Positions 37,785 through 38,874 of a stretch of 38,874 bases of DNA are shown piece by piece; position 1 is the stretch's first letter; each line of letters opens with the position of its first letter. Origin of the DNA: Catajapyx aquilonaris (taxonomy: Eukaryota). The stretch lies in contig JYFJ02003672.1 in NCBI GenBank assembly GCA_000934665.2, positions 1 to 38,874 of the forward strand. Reading direction: 5' to 3'. Under the pieces are notes generated by a model that did no database searches, had not been told where the DNA came from, and saw nothing but the letters and a program-made list of their open reading frames with translations. A program made the translations under genes and the position numbers.

Positions 37785-38456
37785 ATGCAAGTGACAAGTT
37801 ATGAATAGACAGGGATTAAACTGATTTTAAACTGATTAAACTTTTTGCTAAATGGGAATGATAACCGCCAAACATATCTGTTAATGAATGTCATGTCATC
37901 TCAATTCATTGCACACCGTCTGGATTTGGAAAGTTCAGAGGCTGCTGACAAATTCGCTAAGCTTGTTCATTATCGATAAGTACTGAACAGGATTTACTTT
38001 TATCAGTCTGTGAAAAGAATGTGTTTGTTACAGCATTTTCAGGCTATTCTGGTTATGGCAGAAAAGAAGTTTGTGCAGGTGTTTTCCCCTAGTTGGTTGA
38101 GTCGGAGTAGATTATGCCAATTCAGTGCTCAAATCTTGATCAGCTTTAGTTTCAGTATTGTTCCAAGGGCAGTCTTTCAATACGTTAATTTGGATTGTCA
38201 ATTCCAGTACATGCTGTAAATTGCAGGAGGGGAATTAGTGAAATGAATATCACAATGACAGATATTTTAATTTTAGCAGACTTTTAATAGCAGAGATGTA
38301 AGTTATTTGTTATGTTATTGCACTAGTTTCATATTTTCATACTTCTGAGATCCATTTAGGTTTTAACTTCGACATTTTTTATTTGGCTAAATCTTTTACC
38401 ATCCAAATTAACCAAAAAGTTGCTTAAAATGGCAGCTTAATCTCTGAATAGCCTAA

Positions 38457-38529
38457 AGCTGCGTTTACATGTGAGCGATTTGACAAGCGAAGTCTTCGTC
38501 AAGCGAATCGCTCACATGTAAACACGGCT
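38457..38529. mobile_element. Short Tourist-like MITE (family of 20625-20784)
   Basis: GCGTTTACATGTGAGCGATT ... AATCGCTCACATGTAAACAC. Confidence 0.75.
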
Positions 38530-38737
38530 TGACTACTTTTCATGTAATTGTGACTTGAAATTGGTGAGTTTACAAATCGATTGATTGATGTCTTAATAGA
38601 CCTGCTGACCTTTATTTACTTCTCATCTCCAGAGGATGAGGATGAGGATTCCGACTGAAGCATTCACCAAGGTGTACCAGTTTAAGATATCCCTTATGGA
38701 CACCAGGCCTCTGATCTGGCGCCGCATACAGGTGCCA

Positions 38738-38874
38738 CACAGAGGGGCAGAATCGAAACCGGTCGGAAAATAAATCTTTTTTGAACTTTTTGTTTTGGTC
38801 TCAGAAGTATGCGATATAGATTATCAGATGACCGGAGCTTACTTATCCGAAAAAAAATTGCCTCTGTGGTCGTC
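38738..38874. other. Foreign sequence interrupting the copy G domain exon (possible transposon end)
   Basis: Homology to the paralogues stops abruptly at GTGCCA|CACAGAGG; the other end is not visible in the window. Confidence 0.45.

Larger units (their letters stand above)
35221..38737 (+). pseudogene. Copy G: disrupted paralogue (first coding exon 35221-35690 split by a SINE; exon 37060-37350; domain exon from 38633 broken after QVP at 38737)
   Basis: The basic exon is nearly identical to that of copy F. The domain exon reads RMRMRIPTEAFTKVYQFKISLMDTRPLIWRRIQVP, then unrelated sequence with an in-frame TAA. Confidence 0.8.

Noticed and set aside
10015..38737. Bacterial contamination or an unprocessed endosymbiont insertion
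   Set aside because: No operon context or other bacterial genes; consistent GT-AG junctions, AATAAA signals and host SINE/MITE insertions.

Overview
Animal (most likely arthropod) nuclear DNA, judged from GT-AG introns, an innexin gene, tRNA-derived SINEs and many MITEs. The left part holds a poorly resolved minus-strand coiled-coil gene and a 3-coding-exon Inx3-like innexin (7448-8848). From about 10 kb to the window end lies a head-to-tail array of seven paralogues (A-G) of a domain with the motifs of the prokaryotic pRiA4b ORF-3 / MM3350-like family (YQFKI-L, IWRRIQVP, LH-AI--AMGW---H-H-F, YEYDFGD-WQH, YP-CL-G-RACPPED-GG). The domain appears domesticated: it forms a terminal exon spliced in phase 0 behind host-type exons. 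One copy has a highly acidic repeat tail. The other copies with upstream exons have an NLS-like exon plus a histone-H1-tail-like Lys/Thr/Ala exon. Copies B, D, E and F look intact, C is a rearranged divergent copy, and A and G are pseudogenes. Family assignments rest on motif recognition; no database search was run.
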